From positions 1 to 64,000 of the IMG/VR virus record IMGVR_UViG_3300023174_000058: a DNA stretch of 64,000 bases; one strand, 5' to 3'. This DNA is from a virus. A program made the position numbers and the translations under genes. Positions 38,661 through 47,609 of the stretch are shown here, in pieces. The notes beneath the pieces are model-generated. The model had not been told where the DNA came from. It worked only from the letters and a program-made list of their open reading frames with translations, and did no database searches. Position 1 is the first letter of the stretch. Each line of letters starts with the position of its first letter.

Positions 38661-39572
38661 ATGGGCATGAAACAGTGTAGCATTTGTAGACAGCTAAGAG
38701 ACATCGATAAGTTTGGATATGATAGTGGCAACCCAGATGGCCGCCATCGTGAGTGCAGGGATTGCAGAAAAATAAAAGATAAACAAATAAGAAACAAGCA
38801 TAATCCAAACAATATAGATCCACGCGATTGGATAGGCAAAGAGGAACCATTCCCAAACACATCGCTTATAATTAAATCTGCCGTTCGTGGTACCCCAATG
38901 GTAAGTGGGCGTAACGGGAAAAGTTATTATAATCAAAACGTACTTGTTGATTGCCTATGCGGCATCAAAGATATATCCCTGCGAACAACCAATATTAAAA
39001 AGGGGCACACTGTATGTTGCTCCTCAACTTGCCAATATTCCGTAAGAAACCAACAGGCCAAGTTAGCCGGTGAACAGTTTATACAAAAAGCAAAACTAGT
39101 TCATGGCGAGAAGTATGACTACTCAAAGGTTGCTTATAAGAATAAGGAAACAAAAATTACAATAGGTTGCCCAAAGCACGGGGAATACCAACAAAACCCA
39201 AGCAGCCATCTTGCAGGTAGAGGTTGCACAAGATGCACAAATAGTATCTCAAGGGGCGAAACTGATTGGCTTGATAGCCTCGGCATCCCAAAAGAACAAA
39301 GAAACATATGGATCTACATAGAGGGATATGGTAAGATAAAGCCAGATGGATACGATCCCCTAACAAATACAATATATGAATACCACGGTGATTACTTCCA
39401 CGGCAATCTAAAGATATACGAACCGGACGAAATAAACCGCAACAATAAAAAAACAATGGCCCAACTGTTCCAAGACACAGTTAAGCGTAGCGCAGCAATA
39501 AGGGATGCCGGTTATAATCTTGTATCAATATGGGAAAGCGATTGGAAGAAGCAGGGGAAGGGGAACCACTAG
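38661..39572 (+). CDS. Putative homing endonuclease (Zn modules + DUF723-like + Vsr/PD-(D/E)xK-like domain)
   Basis: HGEKYDYS..CPKHG..HL.GRGC; PDGYD...YEYHGDYFHG...IWESDW. Confidence 0.75.
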   Translation: MGMKQCSICRQLRDIDKFGYDSGNPDGRHRECRDCRKIKDKQIRNKHNPNNIDPRDWIGKEEPFPNTSLIIKSAVRGTPMVSGRNGKSYYNQNVLVDCLCGIKDISLRTTNIKKGHTVCCSSTCQYSVRNQQAKLAGEQFIQKAKLVHGEKYDYSKVAYKNKETKITIGCPKHGEYQQNPSSHLAGRGCTRCTNSISRGETDWLDSLGIPKEQRNIWIYIEGYGKIKPDGYDPLTNTIYEYHGDYFHGNLKIYEPDEINRNNKKTMAQLFQDTVKRSAAIRDAGYNLVSIWESDWKKQGKGNH

Positions 39573-39591
39573 AAGGGGAAGGGGCATAGTA

Positions 39592-39813
39592 ATGCTAGAA
39601 ACAAAGTTCAAAAAGGGCGACATAATAATCCGTACAAGCGAGTGGGGCGACACAATAGCATTGGTAACAGGAGTAGAAGCCGCACAAGATACATTCCCAG
39701 ATGATTTGCCGTATTACCAATTATTGTACCTAACTAGCCCTTACTCAGAAATACCAAATAGCCAGCAACTAGCAACATGGATAGTAGATAAAATATATAA
39801 ACTAAAAAGCTAG
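39592..39813 (+). CDS. GDI-family small paralogue
   Basis: KFKKGDII. Confidence 0.6.
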   Translation: MLETKFKKGDIIIRTSEWGDTIALVTGVEAAQDTFPDDLPYYQLLYLTSPYSEIPNSQQLATWIVDKIYKLKS

Positions 39814-40678
39814 TAACCACTACCACCAGTACCAGTAGAAGGACGGCCACCACTAGGGCTACCCCTACTACCTATAGTTCTACCCCTACCCGTACCCTAT
39901 AACTATATCCATAGGTAGAGGTACCCCTAGTAGTACAGGGGAGGGGCGGCATAACAATAAAAAATATAGATAGGGATAACCATACATATAGATAAAAAAA
40001 AGTAAAACCCCTATAGCCCATATGGGAATGGGAAGGGGATAAAAAACATTAGTATAAATTATCTATAGGATCTAAAATATGGGTAGGGTAAAACTCTATA
40101 GACGGGGGATACCTACAGTAATAGAATATGGGATGCCAAATTTCACATACAATACATTGTAATTTATAAACTATATAAAAATATAGCACTTGTGGGGTAC
40201 GGAAATGCCAAGTATGAGGGGGCGGATAAAGCCTTTTCTGCCCCAAATTGGTGCAACTGCCCGAAATCAGGGCACTTTTTAGAAACAGCTATGCACATTT
40301 CCTCCCTATAAAAGGTGGCCCACACATGCTATAATAGACAAAAGGGTGCCATCCCCCCATAAAAAGGAGGGGCGATAATCCTAAATCTATATATTCTAAT
40401 CCTATTACTACAAGGCTAAAACCTCTATCCATCTTATTACAGGGATAGTATACTCCAGCATAATAGTTATGTCAATAGATGTTCCCCCTATAGAATAAAA
40501 AAAATGGGGTGGGGAGGGGGCTAGGCAGACGCGCAGGGCCTTTTTTTCAGCCCCCCAATAAAAGGCCGGAAACCCCGGCCTAGCCCCCCGTCGCAGCCCT
40601 TTTATTTTCGGCAATAGGAAACCCCCCGCTCCAGATAGGCAACGGGGGGCAGCCCTAAGATAGTGTTAGCCTTGCGAC

Positions 40679-41764
40679 TTACTTCTTGGCCTTCTTGCTA
40701 CCGCCAAGGAGATCGACAACGTGCTGCTTAACGCTCTTGCCGTCCACAGTCAACTTGTGCATTTCAAGGATCAGGCCCATGATAGCGGGCGACTTGCTTG
40801 CATCGGTGTAAAACTTCATGCCCGCCTCGCTGGGCAGACGGAGGAAGAAACGGAGGACGTTATCACGCTCCTCGACCGGCATATCCTTGGAAACACGCCC
40901 GCTGGCAAGAACCTTGTCAACAAGGGCGGTGTATTCACCCAGTTTGTAACCCTTCATGCCGTCGAAACGACCGGAGAGAATATCGTCAACGGAGACAACC
41001 CGCTCCAGATTCTTGATATAGTCACGCGAGGCAAGCGCAGCCTCCATGCCGATATAACCGCTGGCGATGTTGTAATACACATCCAGCCGCGTCTTGAAAT
41101 CGTCGCCTTCAAGGATGCCCGCCTTCGTAACGGTATCCGAAAAACGCTTCCACGAACGGCGGGAGGGATAAATCTTGTTAGGCTCAAACTCCCCCTTGTG
41201 CTCCAGATGCGCGCTCTGATCGTTAATAAAGTCCACAATCAGGGGATGAATGTTACCGGCGCGGCCATAATCCAGCCAATCGCCCACAGACGGTTCAATG
41301 TCGAAAGCGGTCCAGCGGTCCAGTTCGGCCGGGTCCATGTCGTTAACCGCGTACTGGGCACCGTGCGTGCCGCCGTTCACAGCGGCGAAAATAAGCGTCT
41401 CAGGGTGCAGACGATGACCGTTGATCGTACGGGAATCCGTCAACTGGAAAATGCCCTGACGGACCTCAGTGGTGCCGCGATCCACCTCATCCAGAAAGAG
41501 GACAACGGGGCGTTCGCACGCTTCCTTGAACCAATCCGGGGGGTTCCAAGAGGTACGGTTGCCGTCGATGACGGGCAGACCCACAAGATCGCCCTCAGTC
41601 ATCTGCGAGACACGGCGCTCGACAACCGGCAGACCACGCTTCGCCGCAAACTGATAGACCAGTTCGCTCTTGCCGATACCGTGCCGCCCGCGCAGCATGA
41701 TAGGATGCTTGGCGTCCGCGATAAGGGAAACGAACGAGTTAAACGTCTTGAAGTCGATAGCCAT
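40679..41764 (-). CDS. MoxR-family AAA+ ATPase
   Basis: GRHGIGKS, LFLDEVDR, AAVN, MDPAELDRW. Confidence 0.88.
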   Translation of the reverse strand: MAIDFKTFNSFVSLIADAKHPIMLRGRHGIGKSELVYQFAAKRGLPVVERRVSQMTEGDLVGLPVIDGNRTSWNPPDWFKEACERPVVLFLDEVDRGTTEVRQGIFQLTDSRTINGHRLHPETLIFAAVNGGTHGAQYAVNDMDPAELDRWTAFDIEPSVGDWLDYGRAGNIHPLIVDFINDQSAHLEHKGEFEPNKIYPSRRSWKRFSDTVTKAGILEGDDFKTRLDVYYNIASGYIGMEAALASRDYIKNLERVVSVDDILSGRFDGMKGYKLGEYTALVDKVLASGRVSKDMPVEERDNVLRFFLRLPSEAGMKFYTDASKSPAIMGLILEMHKLTVDGKSVKQHVVDLLGGSKKAKK

Positions 41765-42043
41765 TACCTTACCCCTTTTTGGTGACGCTCCATACGTCAA
41801 CCGTTTGGAGAGAATAACCTAAGTCGCTGCCCTATGCAACAACTTTTTTTGTTCTATCGGTAGAGTGGGCCTCTCCTGCATCCCGCTCAACCGTGAAAGG
41901 CAATATACAGGAGGCGGGCGATCCCGTCAAGCGCTAAAAAAAGGCTAGGCGGCAGGGGCTAGCCCCCCAACCCTGCCCTTTTTTGCGGGGCAGGAAAAAG
42001 CCCGCCCCCCATTTCGGGAGAGGCGGGCAGGGTTCCTGTGCTA

Positions 42044-43255
42044 TTAGTTCAGTTTCTTCTTAATGGGGATGATACGCTCGCCGTTTCGGAAGTATGGATT
42101 TTCCGCACCATTAAGGTCGGTCATCCACATACGGCGGCACTTGGAGGGTTTAGGCGCGGGAGCCATCATATCAGTCAGGACGATATGCCCGTCAAAGGTG
42201 CCAGCCTTGTTGACATACTCAGTCGGGGCGTCGAAATCGGTGCCGCCCATCATAACGCGGGTTGCCTTAGCCCGCTGGCCCTTCTTCCATTCATACACAA
42301 GGGTAGGCTCCACACGGGTATCGAACGGAATGACGGTAAAGGTTGCCAGTTTGGAAAGACTGTTAAGTTCGCCAAAGAACGCTTCAAGCAGTTCATCCGA
42401 AACGCTGCCGCTCTGGTCAATCGAAATGGCGATATGCGCGGAGCGGTTCGACTTCTTGCCGGGATGGATGTAAGGGAAACGCTTGTTGATACGTTTCACC
42501 GTGCTGGACTTGTGCGAACGCTGTGCATTACCAACGAACATACGGAGGACGGCTTTCCAGTCAATCGTACCATTAATGAAACGCAAAATCTCCTTCCGCA
42601 TATCATGCGGCACGCTGCCCCAACCGTTGCCCCCCTTGTTGTTGGCTTCCTCTGCGGCACCCTTCATAATCTCGCGCAGACGCTCCTTTGCCATAGCCTT
42701 GACTTCTTCCGGCACGTTGCCCTCGCCCCAGCCGTCGTGCGAGTCCATGTTACCGCACGAGCCATCGCAGGTGGGACCGTCGCCGCCATCCTCGCCGCTG
42801 GCATGGTTGCCGTCGCACTTACCGCCCTTTTCGTCCTGCTTGTCCTTCTCCAGCCGCTTATAGTAGTCCTCTGCGGTCAAACCATCGGGATAGTTAAACT
42901 TCTCAGGCATAAGGGCAAAATCGGGCAGTTCACCCTTAAGATGGCAGTTAATGGACAGATCGGTAGCAAAGTTCCAACGCTTACTGATCTTCTTGCCATC
43001 GGGCGAACGTCCGAGACAATGATCGAGCATAAGATGGTAAAGTTCGTGCTTTAGAACACCGCGACGATGGTTGTCGGGCAACTTCTCAAAAAACTCCTCG
43101 TTATAGACCATCTCGAAATGACCGTCATCCATAACGCGCACGCCAGCGGTAGGGACCGACTTGGTGGGACGCTTGGAAATATGACGCGACACGGCAGCGA
43201 AAAAAGACTCGTTCAAGAGCAGACGGAACATATCGTTTTCAAGATCGTAAGCCAT
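42044..43255 (-). CDS. Metallopeptidase-like + VWA protein (DUF2201-type)
   Basis: HELYH, WNFATDLSIN, MIDAS DQSGS, GGTDF, LTD. Confidence 0.85.
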   Translation of the reverse strand: MAYDLENDMFRLLLNESFFAAVSRHISKRPTKSVPTAGVRVMDDGHFEMVYNEEFFEKLPDNHRRGVLKHELYHLMLDHCLGRSPDGKKISKRWNFATDLSINCHLKGELPDFALMPEKFNYPDGLTAEDYYKRLEKDKQDEKGGKCDGNHASGEDGGDGPTCDGSCGNMDSHDGWGEGNVPEEVKAMAKERLREIMKGAAEEANNKGGNGWGSVPHDMRKEILRFINGTIDWKAVLRMFVGNAQRSHKSSTVKRINKRFPYIHPGKKSNRSAHIAISIDQSGSVSDELLEAFFGELNSLSKLATFTVIPFDTRVEPTLVYEWKKGQRAKATRVMMGGTDFDAPTEYVNKAGTFDGHIVLTDMMAPAPKPSKCRRMWMTDLNGAENPYFRNGERIIPIKKKLN

Positions 43256-43394
43256 CGCAGACCTCGCGCTGCTCCATGCAGCGTGGAGAGACTATACAGC
43301 AGACGGGGGGCGGTTGTCAATAGGGGAAAAAAGGCGGGGCCGTGGGGGCTAGCCCCTGCCAGATAACCTTTTTAGGCTACCGGCAGGGGTAGGA

Positions 43395-43997
43395 CTAGGG
43401 CATAATACCCGTTACATAATGATTATAGTTTCCACCCTTTTCGCTTCCAATCAGGAGACGTTGGGGCATGGTGACTTTCTTAACAAGAACTTCTGGGTCA
43501 TAATCAATATCGTGAGAAGGTGCTTCAATCGTAAAGTTAATCCGATTGTAATAATCATGTTCCTTTGACACGCTATTTGGATCCTTTAGGCGCATAAGCA
43601 TGCGGCTAATGGGCACGGAAACAGTAATCTCCTCAGCCCCACCATCAAAAGAAACAAGGCTAGCATGAACCGATCGGGCAATAAAACTTTCATTAACGTA
43701 TCTGGGTTCAAGTTTGACACGCTTTGAATACTTCAGATTGCGCGCTTCAATAAAGCCACAGTTAGCAACCCAATCAAAATCCTTTACCATGCAAAGTTTA
43801 AACTTCTCAGGACTCCAATAATCTTGGACTCGGAGAAGAGCGCCAACGCCCAGACCAACCTTGGCAAACCCTTCAATAAGGGCTTTGCGTTCCTTTGGAG
43901 TATGGGTTAACACAATGTTACGCTGGTCCTTGAAATCGGGGCAATCCGGCTTTCGGTGTCCAATATTCCTACAGTATCCGCAAAGACGCTCAGACAT
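43395..43997 (-). CDS. Protein with N-terminal CCHC zinc knuckle
   Basis: CGYCRNIGHRKPDC; promoter TTGACA(44059)-17-TATTGT. Confidence 0.7.
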   Translation of the reverse strand: MSERLCGYCRNIGHRKPDCPDFKDQRNIVLTHTPKERKALIEGFAKVGLGVGALLRVQDYWSPEKFKLCMVKDFDWVANCGFIEARNLKYSKRVKLEPRYVNESFIARSVHASLVSFDGGAEEITVSVPISRMLMRLKDPNSVSKEHDYYNRINFTIEAPSHDIDYDPEVLVKKVTMPQRLLIGSEKGGNYNHYVTGIMP

Positions 43998-44134
43998 AAT
44001 AGCCTCGCCGCTCTCCATGAGCGTAGGCAGACAATAGCATGGGAACCTCACCGTGTCAAGAGGGACAAAAAAGGACCGCTGAAAGGGGCTAGCCCCCTGC
44101 CCAACCGGTTTTATCCAGCGGGAGGGGACCATCA

Positions 44135-44227
44135 TTAACGCTTCTTGTTTTGGTTACGGGTGCGGCGCTTCTTACTCCCGATCTTTCGCCTACCCTTGCG
44201 CGGACGGTTCTTTGCTGGCCAACCCAT
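44135..44227 (-). CDS. 30-aa very basic peptide
   Basis: MGWPAKNRPRKGRRKIGSKKRRTRNQNKKR with AAGGAG RBS. Confidence 0.6.
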   Translation of the reverse strand: MGWPAKNRPRKGRRKIGSKKRRTRNQNKKR

Positions 44228-44277
44228 GACTAACTCCTTTTGTTAGGTCTATTCTTATCGAGCAAACTACTTATAGT

Positions 44278-44886
44278 ATGGAGAACACAATGGAAACTAC
44301 CAAAGTTTGTAATGGATGTAAAGAAGAAAAGTTACTTGTCGAATACAATAAAGACAAAAGCAAGAAAGACGGATACCAAACACGGTGTAGAGCCTGTAAG
44401 CAAGTTTCCGATAATGCTTGGAGGCAGGAGAACAAAGACAGCGTAAATGCTAAGTCGAAAGCATGGCGTAAGGTCAATAGGCAGCGAGCGCAAGAAAACA
44501 TTAAACGCTGGCAGGAGGAGAATCCAGAACGATACCGCGAAATCCAGCGCAAGCATTGGCGTAAGTCTTACGAAAAGAACAAGTTCAAGAAGCTTGTTTC
44601 CGGTGCTATTAAACGTTCACTCAAAGGAATATGGAAGTCAAAAGCCATCTTTGAAAGACTTGGCTATACCGTCGATCAACTCAAAGAGCATCTAGAAAGC
44701 AAGTTCACAGAAGGCATGACTTGGGAGAACCACGGCGAATGGCACATAGATCACATAACGCCACAGTCTTGGCTACCATTCTCCAGTATCGAAGACGAAA
44801 ACTTTATAAAGTGCTGGTCGCTAAGTAACCTTCAGCCTTTATGGGCTAAGGATAATATCAGCAAGGGTAACCGCTATGAAGGATAG
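44278..44886 (+). CDS. HNH homing endonuclease-like
   Basis: Zn-ribbon N-terminus, HLESKF..GMTWEN.GEWHIDH..P, NLQPLW..DN..K. Confidence 0.85.
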   Translation: MENTMETTKVCNGCKEEKLLVEYNKDKSKKDGYQTRCRACKQVSDNAWRQENKDSVNAKSKAWRKVNRQRAQENIKRWQEENPERYREIQRKHWRKSYEKNKFKKLVSGAIKRSLKGIWKSKAIFERLGYTVDQLKEHLESKFTEGMTWENHGEWHIDHITPQSWLPFSSIEDENFIKCWSLSNLQPLWAKDNISKGNRYEG

Positions 44887-44907
44887 GAGGCATACCGGAC
44901 CTCCCTT

Positions 44908-45126
44908 CTATGCGATAAACTTCCAACGCCTATTATCTGCTGCAATCTTACTTACCCCCTCTTTTGAGAGAGGGGCATCACCGTGGGTAAGACCAATCAT
45001 CTTAACCGTATCGGCGTCATAGAACTTTGGATCACACTCTATGTATTCTGCGATAAGATAATAAAAGTTCTTACCCAATCCATAGAAGCACCAGATATCG
45101 CCTACCTGTGGAGTACGGCTGCTCAT
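44908..45126 (-). CDS. GDI-family small paralogue
   Basis: PQVGDIW...KFIA. Confidence 0.7.
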   Translation of the reverse strand: MSSRTPQVGDIWCFYGLGKNFYYLIAEYIECDPKFYDADTVKMIGLTHGDAPLSKEGVSKIAADNRRWKFIA

Positions 45127-45308
45127 GCTACCCACCTGTAGTACTGAAAACAGGAGATATCGGTTTCATCCTCGCCCCAAGCATTATCCAGCCACAGAAT
45201 AAAATAACGATGCCCCCACTTGCTGTACCTACGCACGATGCTAGTCACCATAAAGTGTGCCTGTGAGCCGGGGGAATAGTAGATGTCGCCTACCCGTGGA
45301 TCATACAT
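45123..45308 (-). CDS. GDI-family small paralogue
   Basis: PRVGDIY...RWVA. Confidence 0.7.
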   Translation of the reverse strand: MYDPRVGDIYYSPGSQAHFMVTSIVRRYSKWGHRYFILWLDNAWGEDETDISCFQYYRWVA

Positions 45309-45529
45309 TAGGCGAGCCTCTCACAATCTTTTAAAACACTAAAATCAAGTGACCACTCCCCATAGCCAGTATCCCAGTAGTTCGACTCCATTACAAGCAC
45401 TTCGTAATGCGGGTAGTGCTTTTCAGGCAGCCGCTTACCTACCAGAAGCACCGCATAGTTTGCAACCCCTTGCATTGGTTGCCGCATCTGGTACCGCAAA
45501 ATGTCGCCCGTGCAGACCGTTGAAATCAT
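45308..45529 (-). CDS. GDI-family small paralogue
   Basis: TGDIL...ERLA; leaderless promoter upstream. Confidence 0.65.
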   Translation of the reverse strand: MISTVCTGDILRYQMRQPMQGVANYAVLLVGKRLPEKHYPHYEVLVMESNYWDTGYGEWSLDFSVLKDCERLA

Positions 45530-45566
45530 GGAAGCACTCTACCAGAGAAGGGAGTGACTGTCAAGG

Positions 45567-45642
45567 TGGCGGTCCCGGCTGGATTTGAACCAGCGTAACT
45601 CTGTTTAGAAGACAGATGCCTAATCCGCTAGACTACGGGACC
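45567..45642 (-). tRNA. tRNA-Arg(UCU)
   Basis: Cloverleaf, anticodon loop CT-TCT-AA, GGTTCAAATCC, encoded CCA. Confidence 0.9.
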
Positions 45643-45734
45643 GTAAACAAGAACAAAAAGGTGCCCCAAGCCAGTTATTCCTTCTTAGGAGCAGGCTGCA
45701 TAGGCGTTGCGCAAACGAGGAACCTATGCATTAT

Positions 45735-45809
45735 TGGTGGGGAAGGTGGGGCTCGAACCCACAACTAACGGCTTAAAAGGCCGCTACTCTACCATTGAGT
45801 TACTTCCCC
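45735..45809 (-). tRNA. tRNA-Lys(UUU)
   Basis: Cloverleaf, CT-TTT-AA, GGTTCGAGCCC, CCA. Confidence 0.92.
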
Positions 45810-45816
45810 GAAAAGT

Positions 45817-45902
45817 TGGTGCCCAAGGCCGGACTCGAACCGGCAAGCCTGTTACGGCGGAAGATTTTAAGTCTTCTGTGTATACCATTTCACCACTTGG
45901 GC
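45817..45902 (-). tRNA. tRNA-Leu(UAA)
   Basis: Class II cloverleaf, CT-TAA-AA, CCA. Confidence 0.92.
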
Positions 45903-45905
45903 AAG

Positions 45906-45996
45906 TGGTCGGCCCGCTAGGAGTCGAACCTAGTCTAGGCGGTCATCTACCGCAAAACGATTATAAGTCGTTCTCGCATTGCCGATGCACGGGCCG
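45906..45996 (-). tRNA. Atypical tRNA, anticodon UAU, long variable arm
   Basis: 7-bp acceptor, 4-bp D stem with 5-nt loop, AACGA-CTTATAA-TCGTT, GCGGT/ACCGC V-arm, T arm, ACCA. Confidence 0.7.
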
Positions 45997-46002
45997 ATTA
46001 TT

Positions 46003-46332
46003 CTATTTTTCTAGTTCATCGTGAAGTTCACTATGGCAATTATGACAGACCATAATGCACTTGTCAAGTTCTTCTTTTATCTTCTCCCACTTGCGAGCAT
46101 GGGAACCAGAGATCCCAAAGTCTTTTTGGGAAGGGTCGAGATGGTGAAAGGCTAGGGCACGCTTACTCTTGCAGTACCCGCACCTCTCACATTTCCCGCC
46201 TTTATATTCGACACACCGATCTTTCAAGTCGTGTCGCTTACGGTTTGACATACAGGAGTTACAGACAGTCCTAGTATGCCCTTTCTTTCTATCATAGTCA
46301 AACGATCTTTTACACTCTTTACACTCAGTCAT
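46003..46332 (-). CDS. HNH endonuclease
   Basis: YKGGKCERCGY...FHHLDP..K...C..VCHNCHSELH. Confidence 0.85.
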   Translation of the reverse strand: MTECKECKRSFDYDRKKGHTRTVCNSCMSNRKRHDLKDRCVEYKGGKCERCGYCKSKRALAFHHLDPSQKDFGISGSHARKWEKIKEELDKCIMVCHNCHSELHDELEK

Positions 46333-46385
46333 GTGGGAGCCTCCTATGCTCTAACTAGTGCGAGAGCGGAGATTGTTCCCACATT

Positions 46386-46408
46386 TCTAACCGCTAGGCT
46401 ACAGGACC
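46386..46408 (-). pseudogene. 5' fragment of a tRNA gene
   Basis: GGTCCTGTAGCCTAGCGGTTAGA acceptor/D-arm start with no continuation. Confidence 0.45.
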
Positions 46409-46446
46409 ATCGAACAAAAACATCTTACCACATCACCGGCAGGACT

Positions 46447-46602
46447 TCAAGAAGTTTCTTTTGAGGCAATAAAGTCACGCAGTACCTTACGCAGATCCAT
46501 CAGCCGATCCTCGTCGCTCTCGTCAAAGCGCCCAGTAAACAGCACCTCGTTGATTGCTTCGAGCAGTACGATGGCAAGATCCCTGTCTACTTCGATGTTC
46601 AT
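46447..46602 (-). CDS. Small hypothetical protein (leaderless)
   Basis: TTGACA-17-TAGGAT-7nt-ATG. Confidence 0.5.
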   Translation of the reverse strand: MNIEVDRDLAIVLLEAINEVLFTGRFDESDEDRLMDLRKVLRDFIASKETS

Positions 46603-46634
46603 GGAGAGCATCCTATCACTTGTGCGAGGGGTTG

Positions 46635-46748
46635 TCAAGCGGGCCGTGGAGTCGAACCACGCAGCCCCAACCCTCTAACAGTTAGAGGTTATGTTAGCGG
46701 ATGGAACTCAGTCCGCCAGTTACCAAGTACCCCGTACCGCCCGCTTGA
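46635..46748 (-). ncRNA. tRNA-like structured RNA
   Basis: 10-bp terminal stem, canonical T arm CGTGG-TTCGACT-CCACG, own promoter. Confidence 0.55.
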
Positions 46749-46859
46749 TGAACGTATAGTACCCCGGATCGTGTCACTTGTCAACGAACATAAAAGGAGG
46801 TAGGAGAAGGGCTAGCCCCCCTGCCCCCCGCTTTTATTGCGGGGGTGGGGTTGGTCGTG

Positions 46860-47609
46860 CTACTGCTGCGGCTTCTCGCGGTACTTCTTAATAACGCGCT
46901 CAGGCACCGCAACCTGTTCGCCAGTAGTAATCCACAGGACATTAATCATGCGGGAGCCCTTACCGCCCCGTGACTTGCGGCTGATCTCCTCCTTGTGTTC
47001 CACAACCATACCAATACGCTCCTCGCTATGTGCCAATCCCTTGCCATAGGTAGGATCATGGCGGTATGAACCCTTGAACGGGTGACGGAGCATCACCTGA
47101 TCGCCAACATCGTACACAATATCGCGCTTAAGTTCGCGGTACTTGCTACCCTCGTGCCCCATAGCAACACGGGCAAACATCTTCCAATGGAGGGGACGGT
47201 CAAGCCAACCAAGGGCTTTTGCCTGTTCCTGACTGTGGTGTATCCCATCACGATCATAATACCACCACATATTCTGTGAGCAGTTGGTATACATCTCCTG
47301 CATATCGGGGCGGGCGTCATACCATTCAAAAAACTTCTTATCAAAAGCGTCCCATTCAGGGGAATGATCCGCTGCAAGGTTTTCCAGCGTCCACTTTTGG
47401 CTAGGGGTAATCAGCCCGTTCGTCTCAAAGTAGGTCTTGACGGATGGCACAAAGTCTCTGTTATAGTGGCTCTTGCTCTGGGCTGCAAACTCCAGCAGTT
47501 GCGGGATCGTATACTTTTCGTTGCCCTGCTCGTCAAACAGGAAGTCACGCTCGCGGATAGGGAACACAAGGTCGATCTCGTAGGGCTTCACTTTCTTGGT
47601 ACGCGGCAT
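46860..47609 (-). CDS. Hypothetical protein with C-terminal SH3-like domain
   Basis: RDFVPSV..YF...G.ITPSQ; YDVGDQV; promoter and RBS. Confidence 0.65.
   Translation of the reverse strand: MPRTKKVKPYEIDLVFPIRERDFLFDEQGNEKYTIPQLLEFAAQSKSHYNRDFVPSVKTYFETNGLITPSQKWTLENLAADHSPEWDAFDKKFFEWYDARPDMQEMYTNCSQNMWWYYDRDGIHHSQEQAKALGWLDRPLHWKMFARVAMGHEGSKYRELKRDIVYDVGDQVMLRHPFKGSYRHDPTYGKGLAHSEERIGMVVEHKEEISRKSRGGKGSRMINVLWITTGEQVAVPERVIKKYREKPQQ

Noticed and set aside
34275-39813. Diversity-generating retroelement or stop-codon recoding fragmenting one long gene
   Set aside because: No reverse transcriptase or TR/VR pair. The ORFs are in shifting frames, each with its own start motif, and all three stop codons end conserved genes normally.
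40721-43054. Long + strand ORFs 40721-41785 and 42038-43054
   Set aside because: Antisense shadows of the GC-rich MoxR and VWA genes.
45655-45732. Structured spacer between tRNA-Arg and tRNA-Lys (TGCATAGG/CCTATGCA)
   Set aside because: A single hairpin without T-loop or recognisable family; insufficient evidence.
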